A stretch of 37,590 nt of DNA from Somniosus microcephalus (lineage: Eukaryota). A program made the translations under genes and the position numbers. The DNA is taken from contig JBMRGM010000037.1 of assembly GCA_052327205.1 (NCBI GenBank), positions 24,800,001 through 24,837,590 on the forward strand, given 5' to 3'. Below the pieces are notes generated by a model. The model was given only the letters and a program-made list of their open reading frames with translations. It was not told the origin of the DNA and did no database searches. How positions within the stretch are numbered: position 1 is the first letter of the stretch; each line of letters starts with the position of its first letter. Below are positions 25,172 to 36,160 of this stretch, piece after piece.

Positions 25172-26862
25172 TGGAGCGGTGCTGTCGCACAACTTCTCGG
25201 ACGACTCAGAGAGGCCAATATCCTTTACGTCACGATCACTAACCTCAGCCGAGCGTAACTACGCCCAGATTGAAAGGGAGGCCCTCAGCCTAGTGTGTGG
25301 AGTGAAAAAGTTCAATCACTATCTGCACGGGCAGAAGTTCACCTTGCTGACTGACCACCAACCACTTGTCTCCATCTTTATCCAAAGAAGGGCGGTCCGG
25401 TGATGACTGTGCAACGGCTACAAAGATGGTCCCTTTTTCTAGTGGCGCACCAATATGAAATCGAGAATAAGGGCACGATAAAGCATGGAAAGGCTGATGT
25501 GCTATCAAGCCTGCCACTGCCTACTGTGGAGGAAGCACCAGCAGTGGATCCTGTCGAAATATTTCATTCGACTATAATTGAATGCTTGTCAGTAAATAAC
25601 GCTGGTATAGAGAAGGAGACCAGAAATGACCCGACACTGTCTCGGGTATATGAATTGACGGTGAAGGGATGGCCAGCACATGGCGACTCACTGTTGCCAG
25701 CATTCTCATCCAGAAGAGAACAGCTGTCAGTATGCCAGGGGACCTTGATGTGTGGAACCCGAGTGGTAATTCCACCCAAGTTAAGGGAGAGAGTGCTCAA
25801 TGAGCTTCACCAAGGTCATCCGAGAGGGGTGAAAATGAAAAGCCTTGCTAGGGCTTATGTGTGGTGGCCGGGAATCGATCAGCAAATCGAGGACCTGACA
25901 AAAAGCTGCTCAGGATGCCAGAAGGCCCAAAATGCACTACCACATGCCCCTCTACACCCATGGGAGTGGCCCTCATCTCCATGGCAACGGGTGCATATTG
26001 ATTTTGCTGGTCCATTCATGGACTCAATGTTGTTAATAGCCGTGGATGCGCACTCGAAATGGCCTGAGGTGATCAAAATGTCCTCCACCACCACGGAGAA
26101 AACTATTGCAGTCCTATGGGCCATTTTTGCCAGAGCAGATTTGCTCTGATAACGGACCACAGTTTGTGTCCGAAGAGTTTCGATGATTTATTAAAAGGAA
26201 TGGGATAAAGCATTACACATCTGCCCCGTATCATCCAGCCACAAATGGATTGGCTGAGACGTTCGGACAAATCTTTAAGAAGGCAATAAAGGCTATGTAC
26301 AATGACAACATTCCGCTGCAGCACAAGGTGGACAATTTCCTGTTCTCCTACCGGAATGCGACACATGCAGTCACCAACCAGGCCCCAGCCATAATGTTCT
26401 TTAACCGAAGGTTAAGATCTCGCCTGGATTTGCTCAGACCAAACGTATGAAGGGATGTTGAGAGTAAGCAATTCCAGCACATCCATGAGAAGCCAACATG
26501 GAGCTTCAATGTAGGGCAACCAGTCTTGCCCGCTACTACCGAACAGAAAAATGGCAGCCAGGAACGATATGCACACGGCAGGGCCCATTAATGTACACAG
26601 TGGACGTTGGGGAGAGCATCGTGAGATGCCATGCTGACCAGATCCTAGAGTCACAGAAACAAGTCAACCCATGCCTCGCCCATACGCACCTGGTGGTGAA
26701 CCTGACGTACAGGTAGCATCTACCCCAGAAACAGTAGCATCGGAAGCTGATGAACCAACCGACGACAGGGGGCCAGAATTGCCTCCGCACCAAGAGCAGG
26801 ACACTCGGGAAAGGCGCTATGCGGAAAGGATCAGGAAGCCTCCACAAAGACTGAATTTATAA
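25167..26862 (+). pseudogene. pol fragment (RNase H and integrase), frameshifted
   Basis: [30 protein letters not shown]...WWPGID...CSGC, RVHIDFAGP, VDAHSKWPEV, SDNGPQF, NGLAE; C-terminus RRYAERIRKPPQRLNL*. Confidence 0.92.
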
Positions 26863-26957
26863 ATATACTATTTTTAGCTAATGTTGCATGTTAAAAGTGT
26901 TAATTTTAATTAGTTTGATATTTAATTGTTAAATGAGTGTTATGGTACTGTTAATCT

Positions 26958-26970
26958 AAAAGGGGAGGAA
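26958..26970 (+). other. Polypurine tract of Gypsy element 2
   Basis: AAAAGGGGAGGAA, 1 nt before TGTAATG. Confidence 0.85.
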
Positions 26971-26971
26971 T

Positions 26972-27184
26972 TGTAATGTATTTGCCTTTAAGGGGAGAAC
27001 TACTTTTTACAGCTCCTGTATACTGTAGTACCTTCAGTGATCACACCTGTTTATAAACCCTGAGTAGTGATCTGTAAAATTAGTTCTAGATTAACCCTCA
27101 TTCAGTAAACACCTGTGAAATCGCTCCCTGCAGCATGTTGTCTGATTATTGAAGGACACAACATTAAGAAACACGGATCTAACA
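26972..27184 (+). repeat. 3' LTR of Gypsy element 2 (213 bp)
   Basis: TGTAA...TAACA termini following the PPT; TATAAA near 27052 and AGTAAA near 27104. Confidence 0.82.
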
Positions 27185-30100
27185 GGTCTAATCAAAGACT
27201 GGGTGTTTGACTGGTCCCGGGGGTGCGTCTGATCACAGACTGGGTGTTTGACTTCAGACTGGGTGTTTGACTTGTCCCGGTGGTGCTTCTGATCGTAGAC
27301 TGGGTGCTTGACTGGTCCTGTGGGTGGGTCTGATCACAGACTGGGTGTATGACTGGCCCAGGAATGTGTATGATTACAGACTGGGTGTTTGTCTGGTCCC
27401 GGGTGGGTGTCTGATCACAGAATGTGTGTTTGACTGGTCCCGGGGGTGGGTCAGATCACAAATCGGTGTTTGACTGTTCGCAGGTTTGTTTCTGATCACA
27501 GACTGGGTGTTTGACTGCTCCAGGTGTCGGTCTGGTCACAGACTGGGTGTTTGACTGATCCCGGGTGTATGTCCGACTACATATTGTGAGTTTGACTGTT
27601 CGCGGGTGTGTGTCTGATCATAGACTATATGTTTGACTGGTCCCGGCGGGTGTCTGATCAGAGACTGGGTGTTTGACCGGTCCCGGGGTTGGGTCTGATC
27701 ACGGACTGCGTGTTTGACTTGCATGGGATCATGTCTGATCACAGACTGGGTTCTGGTCTGGTCCCGGGGGGGTGTCTGATCACAGACTGGGTGTTTGGTA
27801 TTCCCGGGGGTGGGTCTGATCACAGACTGGGTGTTTGATTGTTCGCAGGTTTATGTCTGATCGCAGATTGGGTGTTTGACTGTTCCCGGGTGTCGGTCTG
27901 ATCACAGACTGGGTGTTTGTCTGGTCCCGGGGGTGTGTCCAGTCATAGACTGTGAGTTTGACTGTTCATGGGTGTGTGTCTGAACACAGACTGGGTGTTT
28001 GACTGGTCCTGGGGGTGTGTCTGATCACAGACTGGATGTCTGACTGGTCCCGGGGGTGTGTCTGATCAGAGATTGGGTGTTTGACTGTTCCCGTGGGTGG
28101 GTTTGATCACAGACTGGGTGTTTTACTGGTCCCGGGAGTGGGTCTGGTCACAGGCTGGGTGTTTGATGGTCCCGGGGGTGGGTCAGATCACAGACTGGCT
28201 GTTTTACTGGTCCTGGGTGTGTGCCTGATCACAGATTGGGTGTTTGACTAGTCCCGGGGATGTGTCTGATCACAGACTTGGTGTCTGGCTAGTATCGGGG
28301 TGGGTCTTTTCACAGACTCGGTGTTTGATGTTCCCGGGGGTGGGTCAGATCACAGACTGGGTGTTTGCCTGGTCACGGGGTTGTGTCTGATCACAGACTT
28401 GGTGTCTGGCTAGTATCGGTGTGGGTCTTTTCACAGACTCGGTGTTTGATGTTCCCGGGGGTGTGTCTGATAACAGACTGGGTGCTTAACTGGTCCCAGG
28501 TGAGTATCTGATCACAGACTGGGTGTTCGATTGGTCCCGGGTGAGTATCTGTTCACAGACTGGGTGTATGACCGGTCCCGGAGTTGTGTCTGATCACAGA
28601 GTGGGTGCTTGACTGGTCCGAGGAGTGGGTCGGATCACAGACTGGGTGTTTGACTAGCCTGGGATCATGTCTGATCACAGCCTGGGGGTTTGTCTGGTCC
28701 CGGGGGTGTGTCTGATGACAGACTGGGTGTTTGATGTTCCCGTGGGTGGGTCTGGTCACAGACTGGGTGTTTGACTTGTTCCGGGGGTGTGTCTGATCAC
28801 AGACTCGGTGTTTGACTGTTCGTGGGTGTGTGTCTGGTCACAGACTGGGTGCTTGACTGGTCCCAGGGGTCGGTCTGATCACACACTGGTGTTTGACTGG
28901 TCTCGGGGGGGTGTCTGCTCATAGAATCGGTGTTTGACTGGTCCGGGGGTTGGGTATGAACAGAGACTGGTTGTTTGACTGGTCCCGGGGGTGGGCCTGA
29001 TCACAGACTGAGTGTTTGACTGCGCCTGGTGGTGGGTCTGATCGTAGACTGGGTGTTTGACTGGTCCCGAGCGTGGGTCTGATCAGAGACTGGTTGATTC
29101 ACTAGTCGCGGGGATGTGTCTGATCACAGACTGTCTGTTTGAAGGTCCTGGGGGTGTGACTGATCACAGACTGGGAGTTTGACTGGTCTCGGAATGTGTC
29201 TGATCAAAGACTGGGTGTTTGACAGGTCCCGGGGGTGCATCTGATCACAGACTGGGTGTATGACCAGTCCCGGAGTTGTGTCTGATCACAGAGTGGGTGC
29301 TTGACTGGTCCGAGGAGTGGGTCTGATTACAGACTGGGTTATTGAATAGCCTGTGATCATGTCTGATCACAGACTGGGTGTTTGTCTGGTCCCGGGGGTG
29401 TGTGTGATCACAGACTGAGTGTCTGGCTTGTCCCGGGGTGGGCCTGATCACAGACTGTCTGTTTGACTGGTCCCGCGGGTGTGTCCGATCACAGACTGTG
29501 AGTTTCCCTGTTCGGGGGTGTGTGTCTGATCACAGACTTTGGTATTTGACTGGTCCTGGCGGTGTGTCTGATCAAAGACTGGGTGTTTGACTGGTCCCGG
29601 GGGTGGGTCTGATCACAGACTGGGTGTTTGATTTGTCCCGGGGCTGGATCTGATCATAGACTGGGTGTTTGACTGGTCCGGGGATGGGTCTGATCAAAGA
29701 CTGTGTATTTGAAGTCCCCGGGGTTGGGTAAGATGACAGACTGGACGTTTGACTCGCCCCGAGGTTGTGTCTGATCACAGACTGTGTGTTTGACTGGCCC
29801 CGGGGGTGGGTCTGATCAAAGACTGGATGTTTGACTTGTCCCGGGCTTGGGTCTGATCACAGACTGGATGTTTGACTGGTCCAGGTGGTAGGACTGATCG
29901 TAGACTGAGTGTTTGACTGGTCCCAGGGGTGTGTCTGATCACAGACTGGGTGTTTGACTGGGCCTTGTGGTGGGTCTGATGATAGACTGGGGGTTTGACT
30001 GGTCCCGAGGGTGGGCCTTATAACAGACTGGTTGAATGACTGGTCAAATTGGTGTGTCTGATCACAGACTCGGGTGTTTGACTGGTCCCGGGGGTGGGTC

Positions 30101-33100
30101 TGATCATAGACTGGGTGTTTGACTGGTCCCGGGGGTGTGTCCAATCACAGATTTTATTTTTGACTAGTCCTGGGGGTGCGTCTGATCACAGAGTGGGAGT
30201 TAGACTGGTCCCAGGTCTGAGTCTAATCACAGATTGTGTGTTTGACTGGACCCGGGGTTGCGTCTGATCACAGACTGGGTGTTTGACTGGTCACCGTGGT
30301 GTGTCTGATCAGAGACTGGGTGATTGACTGGTACCAGGTGTGGGTCTGATCAAAAACTGGGTGTTTGACTGGTCCCGGGGGTGTTTCTGATCACAGACTG
30401 CGTGTTTGACTGGTCCCGGAGGTGGGTCTGATCACAGACTGGGTGTTTGACTGGTCCTGGGGGTGTGTCCGATCACAGACTGTGAGTTTCACTTTTCGCG
30501 GCTGTGTGTCTGATCACAGACTGATTATTTGACTGGTCCTGGCGGTGTGTCTGATCAAAGACTGGGTGTTTTTCTGGTCCCGGGGTGATGTCTGATCACA
30601 GACTGGGTGTTTGACTGGTCCCGAGGCTGGGTCTGATCATAGACTGGGTGTTTGACTGGTCCCGGGGGTGGGTCTGATCACAGACTGGGTGTTTGACTGG
30701 TCCCGGGTTTGTGACTGATCACAGACTGGGTGTTTGTCTGGTCCCAGGGGTGTGTCTGATCACAGACTGGGTATTTGACTGGTCCCGGGGTGTGTCTGAT
30801 CAAAGACTGGGTGTCTGGCTGGTCGCAGGGTGGGTCTCTTTACAGACTCGGTGTTTGACTGGTCCCGGGGGTGGGTGTGGTCAAAGATTGGTGTTTTACT
30901 GGTCCCGGGGGTCTGTCCGATCACAAACTGTGAGTTTCACTCTTCGCGCGTGTGTGTCTGATGACAGACTGTGTGTCTGACTGGTCCCGGAGGTGTGTCT
31001 GTTCACAGACTGGGTGTTTAACTGGTCCCAGGTGAGTATCTGATAACAGACTGGGTGTCTGACTGGTCCCGGGTGAGTATCTTATCACAGAGTGGGTGTT
31101 TGATTGGTCCCGGTGATGGGTCTGATCACAGAATGGGTGTTTGACTGGTCCGAGGAGTGGGTCTGATTACAGACTGGGTTTTTGACTAGCCTGGGATCAT
31201 GTCTGATCACAGACTGGGTATTTGTCTGGTCCCGGGGATGTGTCTGATCACAGACTGGGTGTTTGATGTTTCCGGGGGTGGGTCTAGTCACAGACTGGGT
31301 GTTTCACTGGGCCGAGGAGTGAGTCGGTTCACAGACTGGGTGTTTGACTAGCCTTGGATCATGTCTGATCACAGCCTGGGTGTTTGTCTGGTCCCGGGGG
31401 TGTGTCTGATGACAGACTGGGTGTTTGATGTTCCCGGGGGTGGGTCTGGTCACAGACTGGGTGTTTGACTGGTACCGGGGGTGTGTTTGATCACAGACTC
31501 GGTGTTTGACTGCTCGTGGGTGTGTGTCTGATCACAGACTGGGTGCTTGACTGGTCCCAGGGTTCGGTCTGATCACACACTGGTGTTTGACTGGTCCAGG
31601 GGTTGGGTCTGATCAGAGACTGGTTGCTTGACTGGTCCCGGGGGTGGGCCTGATCAGAGCCTGGGTGTTTGATTGGGCCCGGTGGTGGGTTTGATAGTAG
31701 ACTGGGTGTTTGACTGGTCCCGGGGGTGGGTCTGATCAGAGACTGGTTGATTCACTAGACCCGGGTAAGGGTCTGATCACAGACTGGGTGTTTGACTGGT
31801 CCCGGTGGTGTTTCTAATCCTAGATTGTGTGTTTGACTGGTCCCGGGCGTGCGTCTGATCACAGACTGGGTGTTTGACTGGTCCCCGGGGTGTGTCTGAT
31901 CAGAGACTGGGTGTTTGTCTAGTCCCGGGGGTGTCTTTTATCACAGACTGGGTGTTTGACTAGTCGTGGGGATGTGTCTGATCACAGACTGTCTGTTTGA
32001 CTGGTCCCGGGGGTGTGACTGATCACAGACTGGGAGTTTGACTGGTCTCAGAATGCGTCTGATCAAAGACTGGGTGTTTGACAGGTCCCGGAGGTATATT
32101 TGATCACAGACAGGTGTTTGACATGTCCCGGGGGTGTGTCTGATCACAGACTGGGTGTCTGGCTTGTCCCGGGGTGGGCCTGATCACAGACTGGGAGTTT
32201 GACTGGTCCCAGGCGTGTGTCCAATCACAGACTGTGAGTTTCCCTGTTCGGGGGTGTGTGTCTGATCACAGACTTTGGTATTTGACTGGTCCTGGTGGTG
32301 TGTCTGATCAAAGACTGGGTGTTTGACTGGTCCCGGGGGTGGGTCTGATCACAGACTGGGTGTTTGACTGGTCCCGGGGCTGGATCTAATCACAGACTGG
32401 GTGTTTGACTGGCCCGGGGGTGGTCCTGATCATAGATTGTGTATTTGAAGTCCCCGCGTGTGGGTCAGATGAAAGACTGGACGTTTGACTGGTCCCGAGA
32501 TTGTGTCTGATCACAGACTGGGTGTTTGACTGGTCCCGTGGGAGTGTCTGATGACAGATTGGGTGTCTGGCTGGTCCCGGGGTGGGTCTGATCACAGACT
32601 GTGTGTTTGACTGGTCCCGGGGGTGGGTCTGATCAAAGACTGGGTGTTTGACTTGTCCCGGGGGTTGGTCTGATCACAGACTGGATGTTTGACTGGTCCA
32701 GGTGGTAGGTCTGATCGGAGACTGAGTGTTTGACTGGTCCCAGGGGTGGGTCTGGTCACAGACTGGGTGTTTGACTGGGCCCGGTAGTGGGTCTGATCAT
32801 AGACTGGGTGTTTGACTGGTCCCGAGGGTGGGCCTTATAACAGACTGGTTGAATGACTGGTCCAAGTGGTGTGTCTGATCACAGACTCGGGTGTTTGACT
32901 GGCCCCGGGGGTGGGGCTTATCATAGACTGGGTGTTTGACTGATCCCAGGTCCGTGTCCAATCACAGATTGTGTTTTTGACTAGTCCCGGGGGTGCGTCT
33001 GATCACAGACTGGGTGTTTGACTGGTCACCGTGGTGTGTCTGATCAGAGACTGGGTGATTGACTGGTGCCAGGTGTGGGTCTGATCAAAAACTGGGGAGT

Positions 33101-34727
33101 CTGACTGGTCCCGGTGGTGTTTCTGATCACAGACTGCGTGTTTGACTGGTCTCAGAGGTGGGTCTGATCACAGACTGGGTGTTTGACTGGTCCCAGGGGA
33201 GTGTCCGATCACAGACTGGGAGTTTCACTCTTCGTGGCTGTGTGTCTGATCACAGACTGATTATTTGACTGGTCCTGGCGGTGTGTCTGATCAAAGACTG
33301 GGTGTTTTTCTTGTCCCGGGGTGATGTCTGATCACAGACTGGGTGTTTGACTGGTCCCGGGCGTGGGTCTGATCACAGACTGGGTATTTGGCTGGTCCTG
33401 GGGGTGTGTCTGATCACAGACTGGGTGTTTGACTGGTCCCAGGGATGTGTCTGATCAGAGACTGGCTGCTTGACTGGTCCCGGGGGTGGGTCTGATCACA
33501 TAGTGGGTGCGTAGCTGGTCCTGGGGTGGTTCTTATCACAGGCTGGGTGTTTGACTGGTCCTGGGAGTGTGTCTGATCAAAGACTGGGTGTTTGACTGGT
33601 CCCGGGAGTGGGTCTGATCACAGACTGGGTGTTTGATTGGTCGCCGTGGTGGATCTGATCAAAGAATGGGTGTTTGAGTGGTCCCGGGGTTCGGTCTGAT
33701 CACAGACTGGGTGTTTGATTGGTCCCAGGGTTGAATCTGATCACAGACTGGGTGTTTGATTGGTCCCCGTGGTGGATCTGTTCAAAGAATGGGTGTTTGA
33801 CTGGTCCCGGGGTTCAGTCTGATCACAGACTAGTTGTTTGACTGGTCCCAGGGGCGAGTCTGATCACAGACTGGGTGTTTGACTGGTCCCGGGCCTGGGC
33901 CTAATCAAAGACTGGGTGTTTGACTGGTGCCGGGGTGTGTCTAATCACAGATTGTGTGTTTCACTGTTCCAGGGGTGCGTCTGATCACAGACTGGGTGTT
34001 TGACTGGTCCCAGATGTGGATATGATCAAAAATTGGGTGTTTGACTGGTCCTGGGGGTGTGTCTGATCACAGACAGGGTGTTTGACTGGTCCCGGGGGTG
34101 GGACTGATCAGTGACTGGGTGTTTGACTGGTCCTGGGGATGTTTCTGATCACAGACTGGGTGTTTGACTGCTCCCGGGTGTGTGATTGGTCACAGACTGC
34201 TGTTTGCCTGGTCCCGGGGGCGGTGTCTTATCACAGACTGCGTGTTTGACTGGTCCCAGTGATGTGTCTGATCACAGACTCGTTGTTTGACTGGTCCCGG
34301 GTGTGTGACTGGTCACAGACTGGGTGTTTGACTGGTCCTGGTTGTGTGTCTGATCACAGACTGGGTGTTTGACTTGTCCCTGGGTGTGTCTGATCACAGA
34401 CTGTTTGTTTGACTGGTCCCAGGGGTGGGTTTGATCACAGACTGGGTGTTTGACTGGTCCCAGGTGTGGGTCTGATCAAAAACTGGGTGTTTGACTGGTC
34501 CCGGGGATGTGTCTGATCACAGACTGTGTGTTTGACTGGTCCCGTGTGTGTGACTGTTCACGGACTGGGTGTTTGACTAGTTCCGGGGGGCGTTTCTGAT
34601 CACAGACTGGGTGTTTGACTGGTCCCGGGTTGTGTCGGATCACAGACTGGGTGTCTGACTGGTCCCGGGGGTGGGTCTGATCACAGACTGGGTGTTTGAC
34701 TGGTCCCAGTGTTGCGTTTTATCACAG
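27185..34727 (+). repeat. ~41-bp satellite array, block 4
   Basis: Same monomer, more heterogeneous; contains older kb-scale duplications; ends ...TTATCACAG. Confidence 0.97.
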
Positions 34728-34812
34728 TGTATTGCGTTTTGGTTTGGGGTTTTGTGACTGGCCAGTCAGTCGTATCTGATCTGCACCAGCCCCATGTGGT
34801 TCGAATCACTTC
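34728..34812 (-). mobile_element. Left piece of LTR-like element C (diverged relative of A)
   Basis: Begins TGTA where the satellite stops. TGCAC...GTGGTTCGAATCACT aligns with A's TGCAC...GTGGTTGGACCCACT (12/15) at a similar distance from the end. Confidence 0.45.
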
Positions 34813-36160
34813 TGTAGGGGTTTTACAAAATTCCCCTATTTTTCCCTGAACATAAAAAGGATTGGTCCACATCGTGGACGAAGTATTGGGTGATGTGACT
34901 TGCCTAAAACATTTTAAAATGTGCCTAGAACCGCAAAATACTGCCCTGAGATGGAAAGAACGTGGACAACACGGGAGTCGAGGAGCTCTGTGGAAAATAT
35001 TCACACACCTTAAGACAGTACTTTATTAACAAAGTCGTTCCCTGGAGCCTGGTAAATCACAAAAGGTTTTAACATGGCTGTCACAAAGCAGGACAAAGCC
35101 TCACAGCAGCTGGCAGATAGGATGTCTGTGTATAAAAGTGGGAGGATACAGCAGTGCAGTCAGACCCGACAATCAAAACTTGGAGGTTCCCCTTCTCTTC
35201 AGAGGCAAGGTCTGTTTATTGACATAAACAATTACCCACTTGAGAGTAGAAACCGCAAAACAATCGGCTATGGTTACACAGCTAATCAAAGCACTCACAG
35301 ACAATGATAGACTGAAACCATGGAACGGATTTTGATCTGCAACAGTTCCAGAACTGAATGGGTTTAAATCACCCATCATTCTGGACAATAGGGCAGTTGG
35401 AATCCCTTTTGTTTTAGCCGAGGTGGGCTCCGGATGTGGGCGGGAACATTTTGGCCCCACAGCGCAGACATATTAACCCATTCCAACCACTTTGATTTAG
35501 CCAATCACAGCGTTTCATTTGTGTATTGGAACTTTTTGGGCGCGAATTTTCCAGACAGGCGAACAGCAGGGGGTGCTCAGCAGGTATATATGATAGTTTC
35601 TGAGAAGCTATCGCTCTGTTTTTACTTCCTGGGACCACAGGTGAGCTTTTCCCTCTCTCTCTCACTTCGCTGGATCACATGTGAGCAGAGTTTCTGACAC
35701 CTCAGCAAGGCAAGGTAGTTAGGGATCGGGGGGTGGTGATTTAAGGGAAATTGCGAAGATTGTTTAAATAACATTGTAGCCATTTAATCCCTCGTTTTTA
35801 CCGTCTGCATTCCCCCAATTAAGCAATTTTACTGTAATTACTGTCTTCGTGTGGTACAGTTTATAATTTGACTATAGTTTCTTTTCGTTAATAAAGCTTG
35901 ATTTTTCTCTCATCTAGACCATTTTTCCGTTTTAATATTATTAATTATAAGTCCTTCAGTCAGAACTGGAAGGTGGGGTAGTGATTCGAAACCGCTGTTT
36001 GAAAATTGGTTTATTGGAAATTGGTTTACAGTGTAGCAGCAGGCTGCCTGACCAGGTGAATTAGCATAAACCAGGTAAAAGATTGGAATTGGTAAGAGTG
36101 CAGGCAAAGGCTGCAGACCAGGTGAATTACATTAAACCAGTTATAAGATGCCCCCCTACA
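34813..36160. mobile_element. Solo-LTR-like element B (1348 bp) nested in element C
   Basis: Perfect 8-bp terminal inverted repeats TGTAGGGG/CCCCTACA; flanks CTTC/ATTC (4-bp TSD with one mismatch). On + strand: CCAAT 35501, TATATA 35585, CAG|GTGAGC 35638-35646, AATAAA 35890. Orientation not fully certain. Confidence 0.7.
35501..35895 (+). promoter_or_regulatory. Putative LTR promoter, splice donor and poly(A) signal cluster in element B
   Basis: CCAAT about 84 bp before TATATA, donor about 55 bp after it, then AATAAA; motif spacing only. Confidence 0.4.

Larger units (their letters stand above)
25167..27184 (+). mobile_element. 5'-truncated Ty3/Gypsy (Mag-like) element 2: RNase H, integrase, PPT and 3' LTR
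   Basis: Starts inside RNase H (GVGAVLSH) and ends ...TAACA against satellite. Related to, but clearly distinct from, element 1. Confidence 0.92.

Noticed and set aside
7925-32595. Many minus-strand ORFs with HPVCDQTHPRDQSNTQSVIR repeats as a repetitive or zinc-finger protein
   Set aside because: They are translations of a 41-bp (non-triplet) satellite cycling through frames with frequent stops; there is no C2H2 spacing.
6879-34727. CRISPR array (regular palindromic repeat with a variable segment)
   Set aside because: The variable parts are ~10-bp mutational variants of one sequence rather than unique spacers. There are no cas genes and the context is eukaryotic.
34691-34760. Apparent intact 23-RSS (GGTGTTTGA-N23-CACAGTG) followed by an LRFGLG J-like segment
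   Set aside because: CACAGTG is explained by satellite CACAG joined to the TG start of element C, or by a local CAGTG(TA)TTGCGTTTT duplication. The FGxG lacks the TxLxV tail and a convincing donor.
34797-34812. tRNA or Pol III B-box GGTTCGAATC
   Set aside because: No cloverleaf or canonical T-stem; the segment aligns with the hairpin region of LTR A.
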